Below, piece after piece: positions 1 to 12,195 of a stretch of 64,000 nt of DNA. This stretch comes from Felis catus. Lineage: Eukaryota. Made by a program: the position numbers and the translations under genes. The notes under the pieces were generated by a model. The model saw only the letters and a list, made by a program, of their open reading frames with translations, made no database searches and had not been told where the DNA came from. Position 1 is the stretch's first letter, and the number at the start of each line of letters is the position of its first letter. The stretch is from assembly GCF_018350175.1 (NCBI RefSeq), contig NC_058382.1, positions 53,570,001 through 53,634,000 of the forward strand, in the 5' to 3' direction.

Positions 1-252
1 GTAGATAATAGCCTGATGCCTGACACACACATGAAAGCTAATATCAATGCACTGCAAGTAACTGGCACTTTCCTGAACACAGTTAAGCGACTTTCCCAGG
101 ACTGTCTACCACAGTCCTTGTTCTAGGCTGAAGACATATAGTTACCATATACCTGCATACCCCTATAACTAAAATCAGGCTCTTTGGGTAGATAAAACTA
201 GGTGAATGGTTTGTTCATCAGACTTGGAGGGTGTGCTCAGATCTGGTTTAAA

Positions 253-465
253 TTTTTTTTTTCAACGTTTATTTATTTTTGGGACAGAGAGAGACAGAGC
301 ATGAACGGGGGAGGGGCAGAGAGAGAGGGAGACACAGAATCGGAAACAGGCTCCAGGCTCTGAGCCATCAGCCCAGAGCCCGACACGGGGCTTGAACTCA
401 CGGACCACGAGATCGCGACCTGGCAGAAGTCGGATGCTTAACCAACCGCGCCACCCAGGCGCCCC
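253..465 (-). mobile_element. Felid carnivore SINE (SINEC_Fc, young type), full length, with 16-bp TSD
   Basis: Minus strand reads GGGGCGCCTGGGTGGCGCGGTTGGTTAAGC..., then a (CT)n linker and an A-rich tail. TCAGATCTGGTTTAAA is duplicated at 237-252 and 467-482. Confidence 0.95.
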
Positions 466-2402
466 ATCAGATCTGGTTTAAAACAAAGGCTAAGTGGTAT
501 ATAGGAGCTCTATGTATTCTGTACTTAAAAAAAATAGGCAAGCATCTTCCAGAGTAGATCACAATGAGATAACCGCATATGGTCCATGTAGCTCATTGAT
601 TAGGAAAGTAGTTTGTGACATATGAAGATCAGAGCTGGGGGTGGGGGGTGGAAGAGAAAGAGAATAAAACTGAAGGTAGACGCCTTCAGAACCAGGTGTG
701 GTCTGAGAAGACCCTGTTGCTTACGAGGGAAGCTTCGTTTGGCAGAGAAAGCAGCCCCAAGGATTTATGTTTGTCATAACGATTAAGGATCATTCTTAGC
801 AGCTAGTGTAAAATACACCCATAGGGAATAATCTAGCGAGATTCCTCAATATGGTCCTAGGTTACTTACACTAAAAACTCGGGGCATCTAGTCTCCTGTG
901 GAATTGGCCCAGGGACAATCCCAGCCCCACCCCATAGCAAGTGGAAGAAAATCAGGACACACGGGAAAATGTCAAGAAGAATGAGGGCAATGAATAACGG
1001 CCCTACTCTTACATGGAGGGCATCCACAGCATCCTAGGGCATGGTCAATGCTCTAAAACTCCCACTTGCAGGCACACCCAGGTGGCAAAGCCATTTTGGC
1101 CTTCATATGTCATCTGGTTCTTTCAGCAACCACACAAGGTAGACATTACTACATCCATTTCTTCCTACTTGACCAAAATGGAAACTCAGGCTTGAGGAGG
1201 CTAAAAGCCTTTCCCGAGGACGCACGGGTGGCCTCACCTGTTCCTCAGAGCCTCAGAGGATTTGTCATTTCAAGAGCTGAGCAGGTAGACCCAAAGAGAC
1301 TCTAGAGACTAGAGGAGTACAGACCCTGCAAATGGGGGTCTTGTGGGGCTGAGTGAGGCAGGGAGGGGGCAGGCACCGTCAGCTGGTCTTGGGCAAGAGA
1401 CCGGCGGATGAAATTACCTTTGCCTCCCTCGGCCTCACCAGCAGTCACGGCTGTCATGTCCCCGGGGTTCTGCTTGTTAGCGGTCACTCACCGTGCTGCG
1501 TGGCTGCAGAGGACGCACTGGAGTCTGCAGGCCTGGGGCGGGTTGCCAAGGCCAGGCTCTGGGAGCAGACAAGCAAAGCAGGGCCCGGCGCCTGGGCTCC
1601 CGTGTGCACCTTGTGGGCCCCGAAGGAGACCACAGGGTCGGCGAGGCAGGGAGACCTGCAATCCCATAGGCTGGGAGGGGTGGCCCGGCAGGAGCCTCGG
1701 AACTGAAGGAAGCAGGCCACCAGGTCGCAGGCAGCAGGCCCCTTCCATTTCTCACTTTCTATCAGTTCTCAGGGGCTCGGCTGCTCAACACTTTGTACAC
1801 ACATTTTGTTTTTTCCACAACTGTCAAATCAAATTGATTTTCAGTCATTTTAACCTGAGTAGGATCAGCAAACCAAGTCCCCCAGGTGAAAAGCTACTTT
1901 ATCAAAGAAGTCATTTATCCAATTCTTCTGCGATCAGAATAGAATTTTTGAGTGGCTTCGGGTAAATGAATAACCAATTCCGAAGGGTGTTGGCAACAAT
2001 AATCATAATTACCATTTATGAAGCATGTACTACATTTCTTCACTTTAGATCCCTTTTATACTTTTCCAACAATCCTTTGAGGTAGATAATAGCTCAATTG
2101 ATGAGTACTTACTTCTAATGCATTCTCTCATTAAATCCTAACTACCCTACGCGGTGTGTGTTATTATCCCAATTATTTAGCAGATGGAACCGAAGCTCCA
2201 GAAATGCATGTCACTTGCCCAAAGTCATACAGGCAGCAACAGAGTTGGGTTCTGACTCAGGGCTGGGTGGCCTCAACCCAAACTTTCTGTCTGGGCCCCT
2301 TGGACCGGGTCCTCTCTTCCTTATCACCACCTTATCCAAATATGCTTTTGGATTCTGACTCACCTGGGGTAGCAGGTACAGTCAGGTGCTCGTCTTTCGT
2401 TG

Positions 2403-2650
2403 TTTTTTTTTTTTTTTGAATTTTTTGATGTGTATTTATTTTTGAAAGAGAGAGACAGAGCATGAGTGGGAAAGGGGCAGACAGAGAGGGAGACACAGAA
2501 TCCAAAGCAGACTCCAGGCTCTGAGCCGCCAGCACAGAGCTCTACACGGGGCTCGAACTCATGAACCGACGCGGGCCTCGAACTCACGAACCGAGAGATC
2601 ATGACCCGAACTGAAGTCGGACACCGACCGACTGAGCCACCCAGGCACCC
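2403..2650 (-). mobile_element. SINEC_Fc with an internal 25-bp duplication
   Basis: SINE head, linker and tail all present. Segment 2544-2568 is repeated at 2569-2593. CAGGTGCT occurs on both flanks. Confidence 0.93.
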
Positions 2651-3109
2651 CAGGTGCTTGATTTGGAGCCAGAGACCTTGTAAAGGTCTGGATAAAAAGA
2701 CAGCGGGACTAAAATCCCCCAGTGAATGGTAACGATCACGTGAGCCACTGTGTGAGCCATCGAGTCTGGCTCTGCAGCTCTCTAGCGGGACCAGCTTCTA
2801 AATGGGTGCAGAGGGCATCGGCACAGATACAAATAGAAATGCAAATCCTACCCCTCGATGAATGTATGAAGGTGGCATAGACCCCGGGATATACTTGCAT
2901 CTGAGTGACTGCCTGCTCTAGCCCTGGGTTATACCCAAGAGACCATTTCCCCCCATTTGTCCCCCTCTTGCCAGGGATGAAATCGGCTTGCCAATCGGCA
3001 GGATGGTCCCACTTCAGCCCTCCCAAGCAGGCGGCCTTCCTGGCAGAGTGTGACGGGCATGACCTCAGACCACCAGGTGTCTTCCCAATCCAGCCACTGA
3101 GGTCAGGTC

Positions 3110-3168
3110 TGAGTTGCCAATAAAAATACAAGAGGCGCAGTTAAATTTGACTTGGAGATAAACAACAT
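3110..3168 (+). mobile_element. MER53-like hAT DNA transposon end fragment
   Basis: GTTGCCAATAAAAATACAAGAGGCGCAGTTAAATTTGACTTGGAGATAAACAAC resembles the MER53 terminus. Confidence 0.6.
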
Positions 3169-4539
3169 GCGGTCTTTGAGACCGAACATCTCAACGCCTG
3201 TGCCTTCTCTGTGTGCTGGGCATGCCTGTCAGTGGTTAGCTGTTCTCGGCAGATGGCGAGCCCCGCAAGAGGCCCAAATCCCGGACATGCCTGGCACCAC
3301 CCGCTCTGGGCGCTTGGATCTGGTCAGGAAAACACAAGCAGCCCCGAGGAGGACTCGGTGTTGGTCCCCTCCCCCGAGCAGAAGCATCTCTGGGGATCAG
3401 AGACTCAAACACTGGTGCAGATGATGAAAAACAGGTATTTCCCGGGGAAAAGCTTGATGTGAGGGCAAGTACTACCATACTGGGCCTTTCTGGAAGAGGC
3501 TGCACCCAGGTATGTCTTTGCCACCAACCTCCCTTTGGGCCCAGCCAGCGGGAGGTCCCCAGCTCGAAGAGCAGGAACGCTGGCCCCTGAGCCCATGCTT
3601 GCTCTGGGCACATCCTCTTCTCTCTCCTTCCTTCTTCAGAACATAAGGCAGCCAATGGGTCTCAACTGGGGCCACGCTTGCCCCCCGGAACACATTTAGC
3701 AATGGCTACAGACATTTCGTTGTCACTACTAGGGGAGGAAGGGCATGTGGCCTCCAGTGAGTGGAAGCCGGGGACGCTGTTGGCCTCCTCCAGGAAGCAC
3801 ACCAGACGGCGCCCCACAGCTCCAAATGCCAACAGAGCCGAGGCTGAGCGGCCTTCCCCCGCCATGGACGTTCTGCGAGCGCAGGAGAATTTCCTCGCCT
3901 CTGCTGGCCTTAGCATTCTCACCTTTGCAAGGGGAGGTCCGAACGAGGTGGGCAAGAGGAGCCCAACACAGGCACCATTAGCCACAGTGACGACCAAGCT
4001 GTACCTCCGACTGTGGGGCCAGCTGCCGTGGCCACCGTGGATGCTCTGAGCACCCGAGCTGGGAGCCCCTCCATCCCGGTGAAGTGGCTTTGCCTTCCCG
4101 GCTGTGAGGGCTCGGGACGCCCAGCCCATGCCCGTCCCCACCCTTCTGGGTCATTCCCCCCGGCCCCATGCTGGCACGGCTGTCAGGATCGGCAGGCCCT
4201 CCCCCAAGGGCCTTGCCTGGATCCCGACACACCTCGCCTCCATTGCCCAAGGACTGGCACCGGATCAAAGAGCTCTGGGTGGAACAACATTTGGCAGCCG
4301 GAAGTGGCTCAGCAAAATGGTCCTGGCCTGGGTGCAGTAGAGGGCCTGGCTTCCTAGAGCGTGGTGTGTGGAGCCTCTGTGTCCCCTTAGCACCAGGACC
4401 TTAGCACCCCGTTCCCCACCTCCCTCTCCCCCACTCCGATCCTAGGGTCCCGGGGCTGGAGCGCCCGCAGTGGGTCCCGGGCACTGCGAGTTGCGGGCCA
4501 GCTTCCCGCCTCCTGCCCTAAAGTAAAGTATCAGCGGCC

Positions 4540-4960
4540 ACGACTACCATCTTGGGCGAGGTTCTGAGCCCTGCGCTTCGTGCAGTATCTCGCCCGATCC
4601 TCACCACGACCCTCTGAGGGGCATTTTATTCCCTGCCTCTCAGGCAGTCACTTGAGCTCTTTGGACTACACGACTTCCTCTTGGCTCACTGAATCCTCAC
4701 CTAGCATCTCCATGAGGTAGGTCCTAGTCTTACGCCCACTGACAGCTGGGGAAACTGAGGCACAGAGAGCCGAGTGAGTAGCGGACCTGGGATTGAGACC
4801 CAGACAGTATGGTTCCAGAGTGGAAACCCTTAACCATTCTGCATACTGTCTCCCCAAATAAGGAAAAACAGTTTCAGAGGCGTTAATTAACTTCCTTAAG
4901 GTCACAAAGCTACGATGTGTCACGGCAAACAGTGAGACCCAGGTCTGTTTATACAGGGCC
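4540..4960. mobile_element. MIR SINE fragments
   Basis: MIR core-like motifs such as GGGGAAACTGAGGCACAGAGAG, CTGGGATTGAGACCCAG and AACTTCCTTAAGGTCACA. Confidence 0.65.
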
Positions 4961-4974
4961 CCATTCTCATTTAT

Positions 4975-5130
4975 TAAGCAATAATGATGTTCTATATAAT
5001 ATAATGTATGAATATATAAAAACGTAATATAATATATACATATATAATTATTTTAAATACATATTTTATATTTATATATCACATATATACAAGGTAACAC
5101 TGATAAATGAAAAACAAGTATATAAATGAA
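4975..5130. repeat. AT-rich low-complexity / degenerate (TA)n
   Basis: Almost pure A/T, for example TATATAATATAATGTATGAATATATAAAA. Confidence 0.85.
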
Positions 5131-5849
5131 GGAGCTACTTACCTTCTATTCACTTGTTTATGTATTCATCTTTGAGATGGGGAGGATTTTAAAACATACA
5201 TATGTAGATAGTCTGTGACAATTTCATTAATAGTAAATATACTTCAAACCAACCAGCAGTAACAACCCACGGCTGACTTTATAATACGCAGAATATTCTG
5301 AGAACTGGAAAACAGCCCCAGTTGTGGTCCCCAGCAGGCTTGGTGAGAGAAACTAGCCACGTGAGCATACGTTGGTTCTAACTGTAAAAACTCTTCAAGG
5401 CGCGTAAGTTTTCCATTCCGATAAAGAGAACGAAGCCCAGAAACTTAACCACCGAGGACCTGAAGCTAAGCTGGGTCCCAAGGCCGCCCTGTCTGACCCC
5501 AGGACTGTCCTTTACCGTTAGCCTATCCTGCCTCTTTCACGAATCCAAAATCTGAGGCAGGCCTTTCGGACGTGGTCAGAGGGATCTGGGGGCAGGTGGC
5601 TGAGGCAGCGGGAATGAACGATGGCAACGGCCTTCACCTCTTGCCGGCCAGAGAGCCCTGTCCCATATAGAGCGCAAGTTTTCACAGTGGTGCGTGACTT
5701 AGCGAGGCGCACAGGGCTTCATTCAGTTGCAAAATGCCCTACAGACTCCAGCATCTTATCATTCTCCACTGGCGCTCTCTGACTTGGCAATAAGCGTGTT
5801 GCCGTGTGCAGAAGCCTAGCCTGGCGGCTCCACACTTGGACTGCACAAA

Positions 5850-6850
5850 GCAGCACGAGGCCTGCTGTTGGCTTGGAGGCAGGCGCAGGCCAGCCGCAGT
5901 CCCGGGATCTGGAAACCTCCTTTTGCATCCGAGGAGGGGCCGCAGCAGGCCAGAGCTAGGCTCCACCTCGAGGGATGTCTGCTTCTTAAGAAGCGCGGTT
6001 CGTGACTACTGGTGAGCTTGCAGAATAGAAGCCATAAACTGGCAGTGGAGGGGGCTCAGGGGGCAGGGGCGGTGGGCGCACCGTGCAGGACAGCTGCAGG
6101 GAAAGGGTGAGCGGAGAGCAGAGACCTCCCTCCCTCGCTCGCCTCCCCTCTTCCCTGTCCTCCCCTCAATGAACCCAGCTCCCCTTCCTGGTGGCTTGGC
6201 AGGTGTCTGCCATTCACACGGTTAAACTGTCCCAGACCTGCCCGTGGAGGCCCCACCTTGCCACTCCCACTTGTCTGCTCCCAGGGCAGCGGTTGAGCAA
6301 GAAGCCCCACACGTGAGCTGGCCTGAGGGACACAGCCCAAGAGCCTCCTCGCCCGGGACGCTGGGGCAGCGGGCTAACGGGCAGGTCCGGCACCGGAGCA
6401 AGGTGACACGGGTGTGAGGCTCGAGCGCTGGCCCAATCAGATGACCAAAGGCACCGGGTGAGAAGGGGCTTCCGCGGGAAGCAGTGTTTCCTACTGACAC
6501 TGACCGCCCTGGCAAAGGCCGCTGGGGGCCAAGAGGAGGCGCTGTCTGCAAGTGGCCCCCACGAAACGTCGCCCACGCGGGGCCGCACATGACGAGCACC
6601 ACGGTCTCGCTGAAGCCAGTCCCGCCTCTTCTCGCGTGCCAAAGGGAAACGGTAATCCAACAGCCAAAGGTGTGGAAAATGTAGGTCCCACTGAAGCCTT
6701 CCCCGGGGAAAGGGATAGGGACTCCACCCGGCACCGGAAGGTTTTCCGAATCCCTCTTTGAACACTCTTGCCCCCCACCCCCAGGTCTGCTCCGAGAATC
6801 TGCCCCACAGTGTCTCCCATCACCGGCTTTACGTCGCCACCTGCCCTCAC
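5850..6850. promoter_or_regulatory. GC- and CpG-enriched non-repeat block, candidate promoter or enhancer
   Basis: CpG density is visibly above the flanks. GC-box-like GGGGCAGGGGCGG near 6060 and CCAATCAG at 6433-6440. Confidence 0.3.
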
Positions 6851-7249
6851 AAACCCTGTAGCTTTCACAGCCGGCTTTGCAAAGCAGAAGGGATAAGGCT
6901 TCACAATGCCCCAGTCCAGTTAGCACACCTCAGGTCACAGCAAGCCCTGGAACCTTTACCTCCTCCAACAATATACCCATTGTTTCTTTGCTTGTTTTCT
7001 TCGTCAGTTAAAAACCTATTGCACATCTTACTTAAACAGGACACGGTATCCACCGACCCAACCTGACTGATGTCAATATGGCTCCCTGGCTTTGCCTTTC
7101 GATCTCGCATTCTCCCCCTGCCCCCTCTGTCTCCCACACGCACACGCGCATTATGCAGAAGGTAAAGCCCTACAACCCATTTCTATTTTCTCCCTCTCTG
7201 GACACATTCCCATGCCTGTCTAGTGAGTGCCATTTGGTCTGGGTCCAGG

Positions 7250-7490
7250 ATAGCACCGTGGTTATGAGTGCAGACTTGGAAGCCAGACAGCCTGCCGACG
7301 AGCTCCAAATCTGCACGAACGAGCCAGGTGAGCTGGGGCACGTTGCTTACCTTTTCTATGCCTCTGTCAAATGGGGAACATGGTAGCGAATTAAGCGCGG
7401 GTGCGAGAGTCAAATGTTAAGATACTTAAAGTCCCTGGAACGGAGCCTGGAAAAAAATAAATGCTTAATTAATATGACCTATTATGATGA
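7250..7490. mobile_element. MIR SINE
   Basis: GCACCGTGGTTATGAGTGCAGACTTGGAAGCCAGAC...TGTCAAATGGGGA...AAATGCTTAATTAATATG, the MIR layout. Confidence 0.7.
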
Positions 7491-7564
7491 TCCATAAACA
7501 ATAAATAGAATAGTTTTATGCACGTGTTTTTAAAAGTTGCTTAAACGGTGTCATAGCATTACAC

Positions 7565-7567
<3 letters not shown>

Positions 7568-7613
<46 letters not shown>
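7568..7613. repeat. (CA)n microsatellite
   Basis: Perfect dinucleotide run. Confidence 0.98.
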
Positions 7614-7616
<3 letters not shown>

Positions 7617-7854
7617 CTTTTGCAACTTGCTCTTCTCACGAACGCTCATTATGTTCAGGCATCCATTTTGATACACACGATGCCTTCATTTTGGTTGCTG
7701 AGAGTGGCGTATCATCGTTTTAACTTACATTTCCCTGATTCCTTAGCCTAAAATTTGGAATAAGTAAAGAGCCAAAGCAATCTCAAAGATGAGGAACACT
7801 GAAAGGAGACACGCCTGATTACAATAATGATATTAGGACTTATTTAGGAGCTTA

Positions 7855-8062
7855 AACAGCACTGTGTGATGGAACTTTCTATAATCACAGAGACTCTGAA
7901 CTTCCGCTATTCAAAATGGTAACCACCAGTCAGTCACATATGACTACTGAGCGCTGGAAATGTGGCGAGTGTGACCAAGGAATTGACTGTTTACTGTGTG
8001 TTTTACATTAATTTAAATTTAAATAGCCAAATGTGATAGTGACTCCCGGGTCACACAGCAAA
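7855..8062. mobile_element. MER3-like hAT-Charlie DNA transposon
   Basis: GAACTTTCT...ATGGTAACCACCAGTC...CTACTGAGCGCTGGAAATGTGGCGAGTGTGACC...AATTTAAATTTAAATAGCC. Confidence 0.7.
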
Positions 8063-8219
8063 GACTCAGAGCATGAAAACACTGTGATAAAGTAGGAGAG
8101 GTCACTTTATTGGGCGGACCAGTAGGCCAAAGAAACAGAAAAGGAAGCCTAGAGCCAACACCAATGTTTGGTATGTGACCAAGAAAGTATTGTAAGTGAA
8201 TAGGGAAATGACGGACATA

Positions 8220-8830
8220 TTTTTTGCCAAATATTTGGCTTCTCTCTTCTTTGAATTTCCTTTATTTTATCATTTGGCTATTCCTTCCACCATGCATTGA
8301 GCTGCATATCTTTTATTTATTAATATGTCATAATTATTTATATATTTGGATGTACTATAAAAATCGTATTTCTCTTAGTCTGTGAATTTCTAAATTAACA
8401 CTTGTTGACAAGCTTTACATTAAAAAAATTTCATTTAAGGATTGTGCTTCCTGTGTCTTGTTTAAGAAAGATTTTTCCACTCCAAGCACCTAAAATTAGT
8501 CTCCCCTTTTTAAAATAGTGTGTTAAATTTTGCATCTCAAACTAAGACATTTAATCCAACTGAAATTCATTATTGGACATTCTGTGAAACAGAGATCTGA
8601 GTTAGTCTCCCTCCCTGTTGGGATGCCAATATTCTAGTGTTTTGTATTGACAGTGCCATGCTTTCCACCTGATTTAAAATGGGTTCTCAGCACTTTCATT
8701 TTCCCTATAAATTTTAGAATAATTTTGTCCATTTCCATGATAAGCTCTTTAGATATTTTTATTCACATTGTATTAAATGTATAGAATAATTTGCGAGAAT
8801 TTCCATTGTTCCGTATGGATTTTAGAGCTA
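8220..8830 (-). mobile_element. Old, degraded L1 fragments
   Basis: T-rich sequence with antisense-L1-like motifs, for example TTGTTTAAGAAAGATTTTTCCACTCCAAG and CCTATAAATTTTAGAATAATTTTGTC. Confidence 0.55.
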
Positions 8831-8844
8831 TTTTTTCAAAGCCC

Positions 8845-9202
8845 CCAAAACTCCACAAATAATAATAAAAACCAATTAAATAAATTCCGTAAAATTGCAG
8901 GACACAAAACCAACTTGCAAAAATCAATTGTGTTTCCATACACTAATTACAAACTATCTGATAAGGAAGTTAGGAAAACAACCCCCTTAATAATACTTAG
9001 GAATCAACTAAGGAAGTGAAAGACTTATACACTGAAAACTACAAAACATTGATGAAAGAAGTTAAAAAAGACATAAATGGAAAAGACAACCCTTGTTATG
9101 GATTCGACTTACTGATATTCAAGTATCTGTACTACCGAAAGTGATCTACGGGTTCAACGCAACCCCTATCAAAATCCAATGGCATTTCTTACAGAAATAG
9201 AC
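8845..9202 (+). mobile_element. L1 ORF2 fragment (end of the RT region), disrupted
   Basis: Translates as LNKFRKIAGHKTNLQKSIVFPYTN, matching the L1 ORF2 motif of the type INEFSKVAGYKINIQKSVAFLYTN. It continues with EVKDLYTENYKTLMKEVKKD and VIYGFNATPIKI across frameshifts. Confidence 0.88.
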
Positions 9203-9744
9203 TGGATGACATTTTGAAAGAGGAACATAGGGCTCAGCACGTACCTGCAGAGAGGTGGCAGAAATGTGGCAGAGCTTCAAAGCGCTGCCTATAAACACTA
9301 CCCTATACCATGTCCCAAATCAACTAGATGGAGCCCAGTACAATTTCCCAATCCAGCAGCAGAGGTTATGTATGTATATAAAACAGAGGCACAATGAAGA
9401 AAACCCTCCCATGAACATCAAAGGAGCCGAAGGTGACTTCTGGATGGCTCAAGTCTTCTCGGGGCAGCTGGCTGTTAGTTGAGAGCTGGTGGAAAGGAAT
9501 TCTGTCACCTGCCCCATCACATCTCATCGTGCTACTTATATGTGCTATGCGGATGACCTTCAGGGCTCAGGAGCACTAGCTCCCATGAAATAAATAGCAA
9601 TTGAGCCCAAAAACACCAACACCAACCCAGGCACGCGACCCCATTGCCAAAGACACCCAACATCCAGATGGGAGTTTTGGCAATGGCTCTAGCGGCACTC
9701 TAGAGAGGCCAGAGGAAGACAAACTTGGAAGCAGAAAGCACCAC

Positions 9745-10093
9745 TGCAAAGTGAAATAGGTCAGAGAGAGACAGATAAATACTGTGAGGTCTCACTTAGA
9801 TATGGAAATATCAAACTCAGAGACACAGTAGAAATATGGTTGCCAGGGGGTTGGGGGTGGGAGAAATGGGGAGATGTTGGTCAAAGAACGTAAACTTCCA
9901 CTTACAAGGGGAGTAAATCCTGGGCATTTAATGGACAGCACGTCACTACAGTTGACAGCTATCTGTGCTCACCAAGGATATGGTACTAACTCTCTGTGGC
10001 AAGCATTTCAAAACATGTGACTCTATCAAAATCACCATACCCCTTGAGCTTGCACGATGTTACCTGTCAGTCATATCTCAATAAAGCTGGGGG
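9745..10093 (+). mobile_element. L1 3' end (L1MA/MB or carnivore type)
   Basis: AAGTGAAATAGGTCAG...GGTTGCCAGGGG...GGAGATGTTGGTCAAAG...ATATCTCAATAAAGCTGG. Confidence 0.85.
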
Positions 10094-10973
10094 GACAGAG
10101 GAGAAAAGCATGAAGCAAACAGGGAGAATGCTCAATCAGAGAACTTCCTCCAGCTTACAGGCTCTCTTGGTACTTGAATACACTGTGGATTGTTTTGCTT
10201 GGTTTTGTTATTTTGCACCTACCCTTGATTCTGTACCTACTGTTCCTTCTAATGGAGCTCTTTTTTTTTTTTACTTGGTGAGCTCCCCGTAATCATCCAG
10301 GAATTTTCTCAGCCCTCCACTCTTCCAGAAAGCTTTCTCTGACATCCCAGTCCATAATTTGAGGGAGGGGACTCTGTGTTCAAGACTCTAGAGACTTGTC
10401 CTGGACACTGGTCCTGAAATCGCATGCTTGTGGGTGTGTTTTCTTGTGTAGACCATGAATTTTTGATGGGAGGGTTGTACCTGTCTTATCTGTCTCCCAC
10501 ACTTCTGGAATATAGTGAGTACTCGGCACACATGTGTTGAATGCCCCGAGAAAAGGACTGACTCCACGAGCTGAGAGCAAAGTGTGGTTATGCCACTCAG
10601 CTTCTAGCCAGTACAGGGTCCAGTTCCTTAGCTATATCCCAGGACTCTCTGGGGCAGTAGGAAGTTGATTTCTCATAGCCAGAAAAAAAAACCAAAACAA
10701 CAAAAAGCTTCCCTTCATGAAAGAGGGACTAATTCCCTTCAGCAGCAGACACTAAAGAAGATCTCACTAGAGGTGGCATCTATTCTCTTTGAACCTGGCT
10801 GTAGTAGAGGGGGTGTTATACGCACCAGCCCTTCACATAAGCAAGCTCCTCCTGGATGGTGATACTGTCCTTCATCACAAGTTATGTGTGCCACGAGTTA
10901 GGCACACATAACTTCTTCAGTCTAGAATGCCCCCGACTTTTCACTCCACTAACATCCATGCATGCATGCGCGT

Positions 10974-10975
<2 letters not shown>

Positions 10976-11010
<35 letters not shown>
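10976..11010. repeat. (CA)n microsatellite
   Basis: Perfect CA run inside a purine-pyrimidine alternating tract. Confidence 0.95.
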
Positions 11011-11012
<2 letters not shown>

Positions 11013-11689
11013 TGTGTACACAAAGTACATTCATGCTCACGTACAGGCCCACACATGTGCACACACATATGTATTTGGCCCCTGTAAGGCCCTCTCCTTC
11101 AAATCTCTGTCACTTCTTGTGAAAGCCTTTGTCACTTTTGTCATAGTCTCTCATGGAATGGTGCCCCTTTCATTCAGATTAGTCCAGTTTGGAATTCTAT
11201 AGCTACTAAGGTGGTTACCTAATGCAAGTCTGTCTTTCCTTCTAGGCCATAAGGTCCATGGGGGCAAAGACTATCTTGCTTGGTTTTTCATCTCCTGGGC
11301 TCAGTAGGACATCTAAGTCTTTAAACACTATCGAACACATATTGAATATTAACAAATGTCTCTTTGTCCTCACTACATTGGAATAGCATCCTCCTATTCC
11401 TCCCTGTATAATCAAAAATGCATGAGCCTCAATGGTACAGACACTACCAGCCTCCATTACAGGCAGACGATGATGACGTGGTGGGGATACCACTTCAGAA
11501 TTTCCTCCTAAGCCAGGTTATAAGGCGCATAAGATCAGCCTCATTAATTTACTGTCACATCTCACTTCACACCTCAACTGGGAGTACTGAGCCTAATCAA
11601 CCACCTAAGTTTCCAGAATTGGCCAAATGCCCTTGAATCATGTCCAAAACAGAATCCTGTCCCTCAGATGACAGTGGCATGTGCATTGG

Positions 11690-12195
11690 CCCGAGGATCT
11701 CAGCAGATGGTCAGATTTGCTCATGGGGACTGTGACCCTCCTATCCCAGCCCCAGACTTCAGCACAGAGCCAGGTACTGCAAAAGCACATGGGCTCCTGG
11801 CCTCCCTTCTCCCTCTGACCCATCATCCCACTTGCGTTTGGGTCATGTGTGGCCAACAGAACATGATCAGACCTGACTATGTACCAGTTCAAGCCAAGGG
11901 CTGGGTCATGTTTGACCAACGGAACGTGATCGGACATGACTATGTACCAGTTCAAGCCAAAGCAGTAAGAGGTTCTGCATGTTTGTTCTCATCTTTCTTG
12001 ATCTCCTGTCTTCCACAATGGGAAGAACATTCCCAGGTGTTGTCCCTACAGCTTGGGTCTGAAACTCAGAGGCGTGGGGAGCCTCTGGCCAAAGCCAGCT
12101 AAGCCACAGCAGGAGCAGACCTGGCAGCAAGAAACAAAAAATGCCTATGGCTCTAAGCCACTCAGATTTGGGAGTTTGTTCTTGACATCACTGCA
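11690..12195 (+). mobile_element. MLT1-family (MaLR) solo LTR containing a 63-bp tandem duplication
   Basis: MLT1-like 3' end (GGCTCTAAGCCACTCAGATTTGGGAGTTTGTT). Segment 11839-11901 is repeated at 11902-11964. Confidence 0.6.

Noticed and set aside
1300..1965. Stack of overlapping ORFs up to 185 aa (similar stacks at 6056-7143, 26053-28022 and 51661-52613)
   Set aside because: GC-rich sequence open in several frames at once, with Pro/Gly/Arg/Ala-rich unrecognisable peptides and no consistent splice signals.
8777..9019. 80-aa ORF with reverse-transcriptase-like sequence as an active or domesticated gene
   Set aside because: A short, frameshifted L1 ORF2 relic among other L1 fragments.
11839..11964. 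Direct repeats as a possible CRISPR-like array
   Set aside because: Only two adjacent copies, no unique spacers, no cas genes, and a mammalian LTR context. The same applies to the short duplications near 32501 and 32937.
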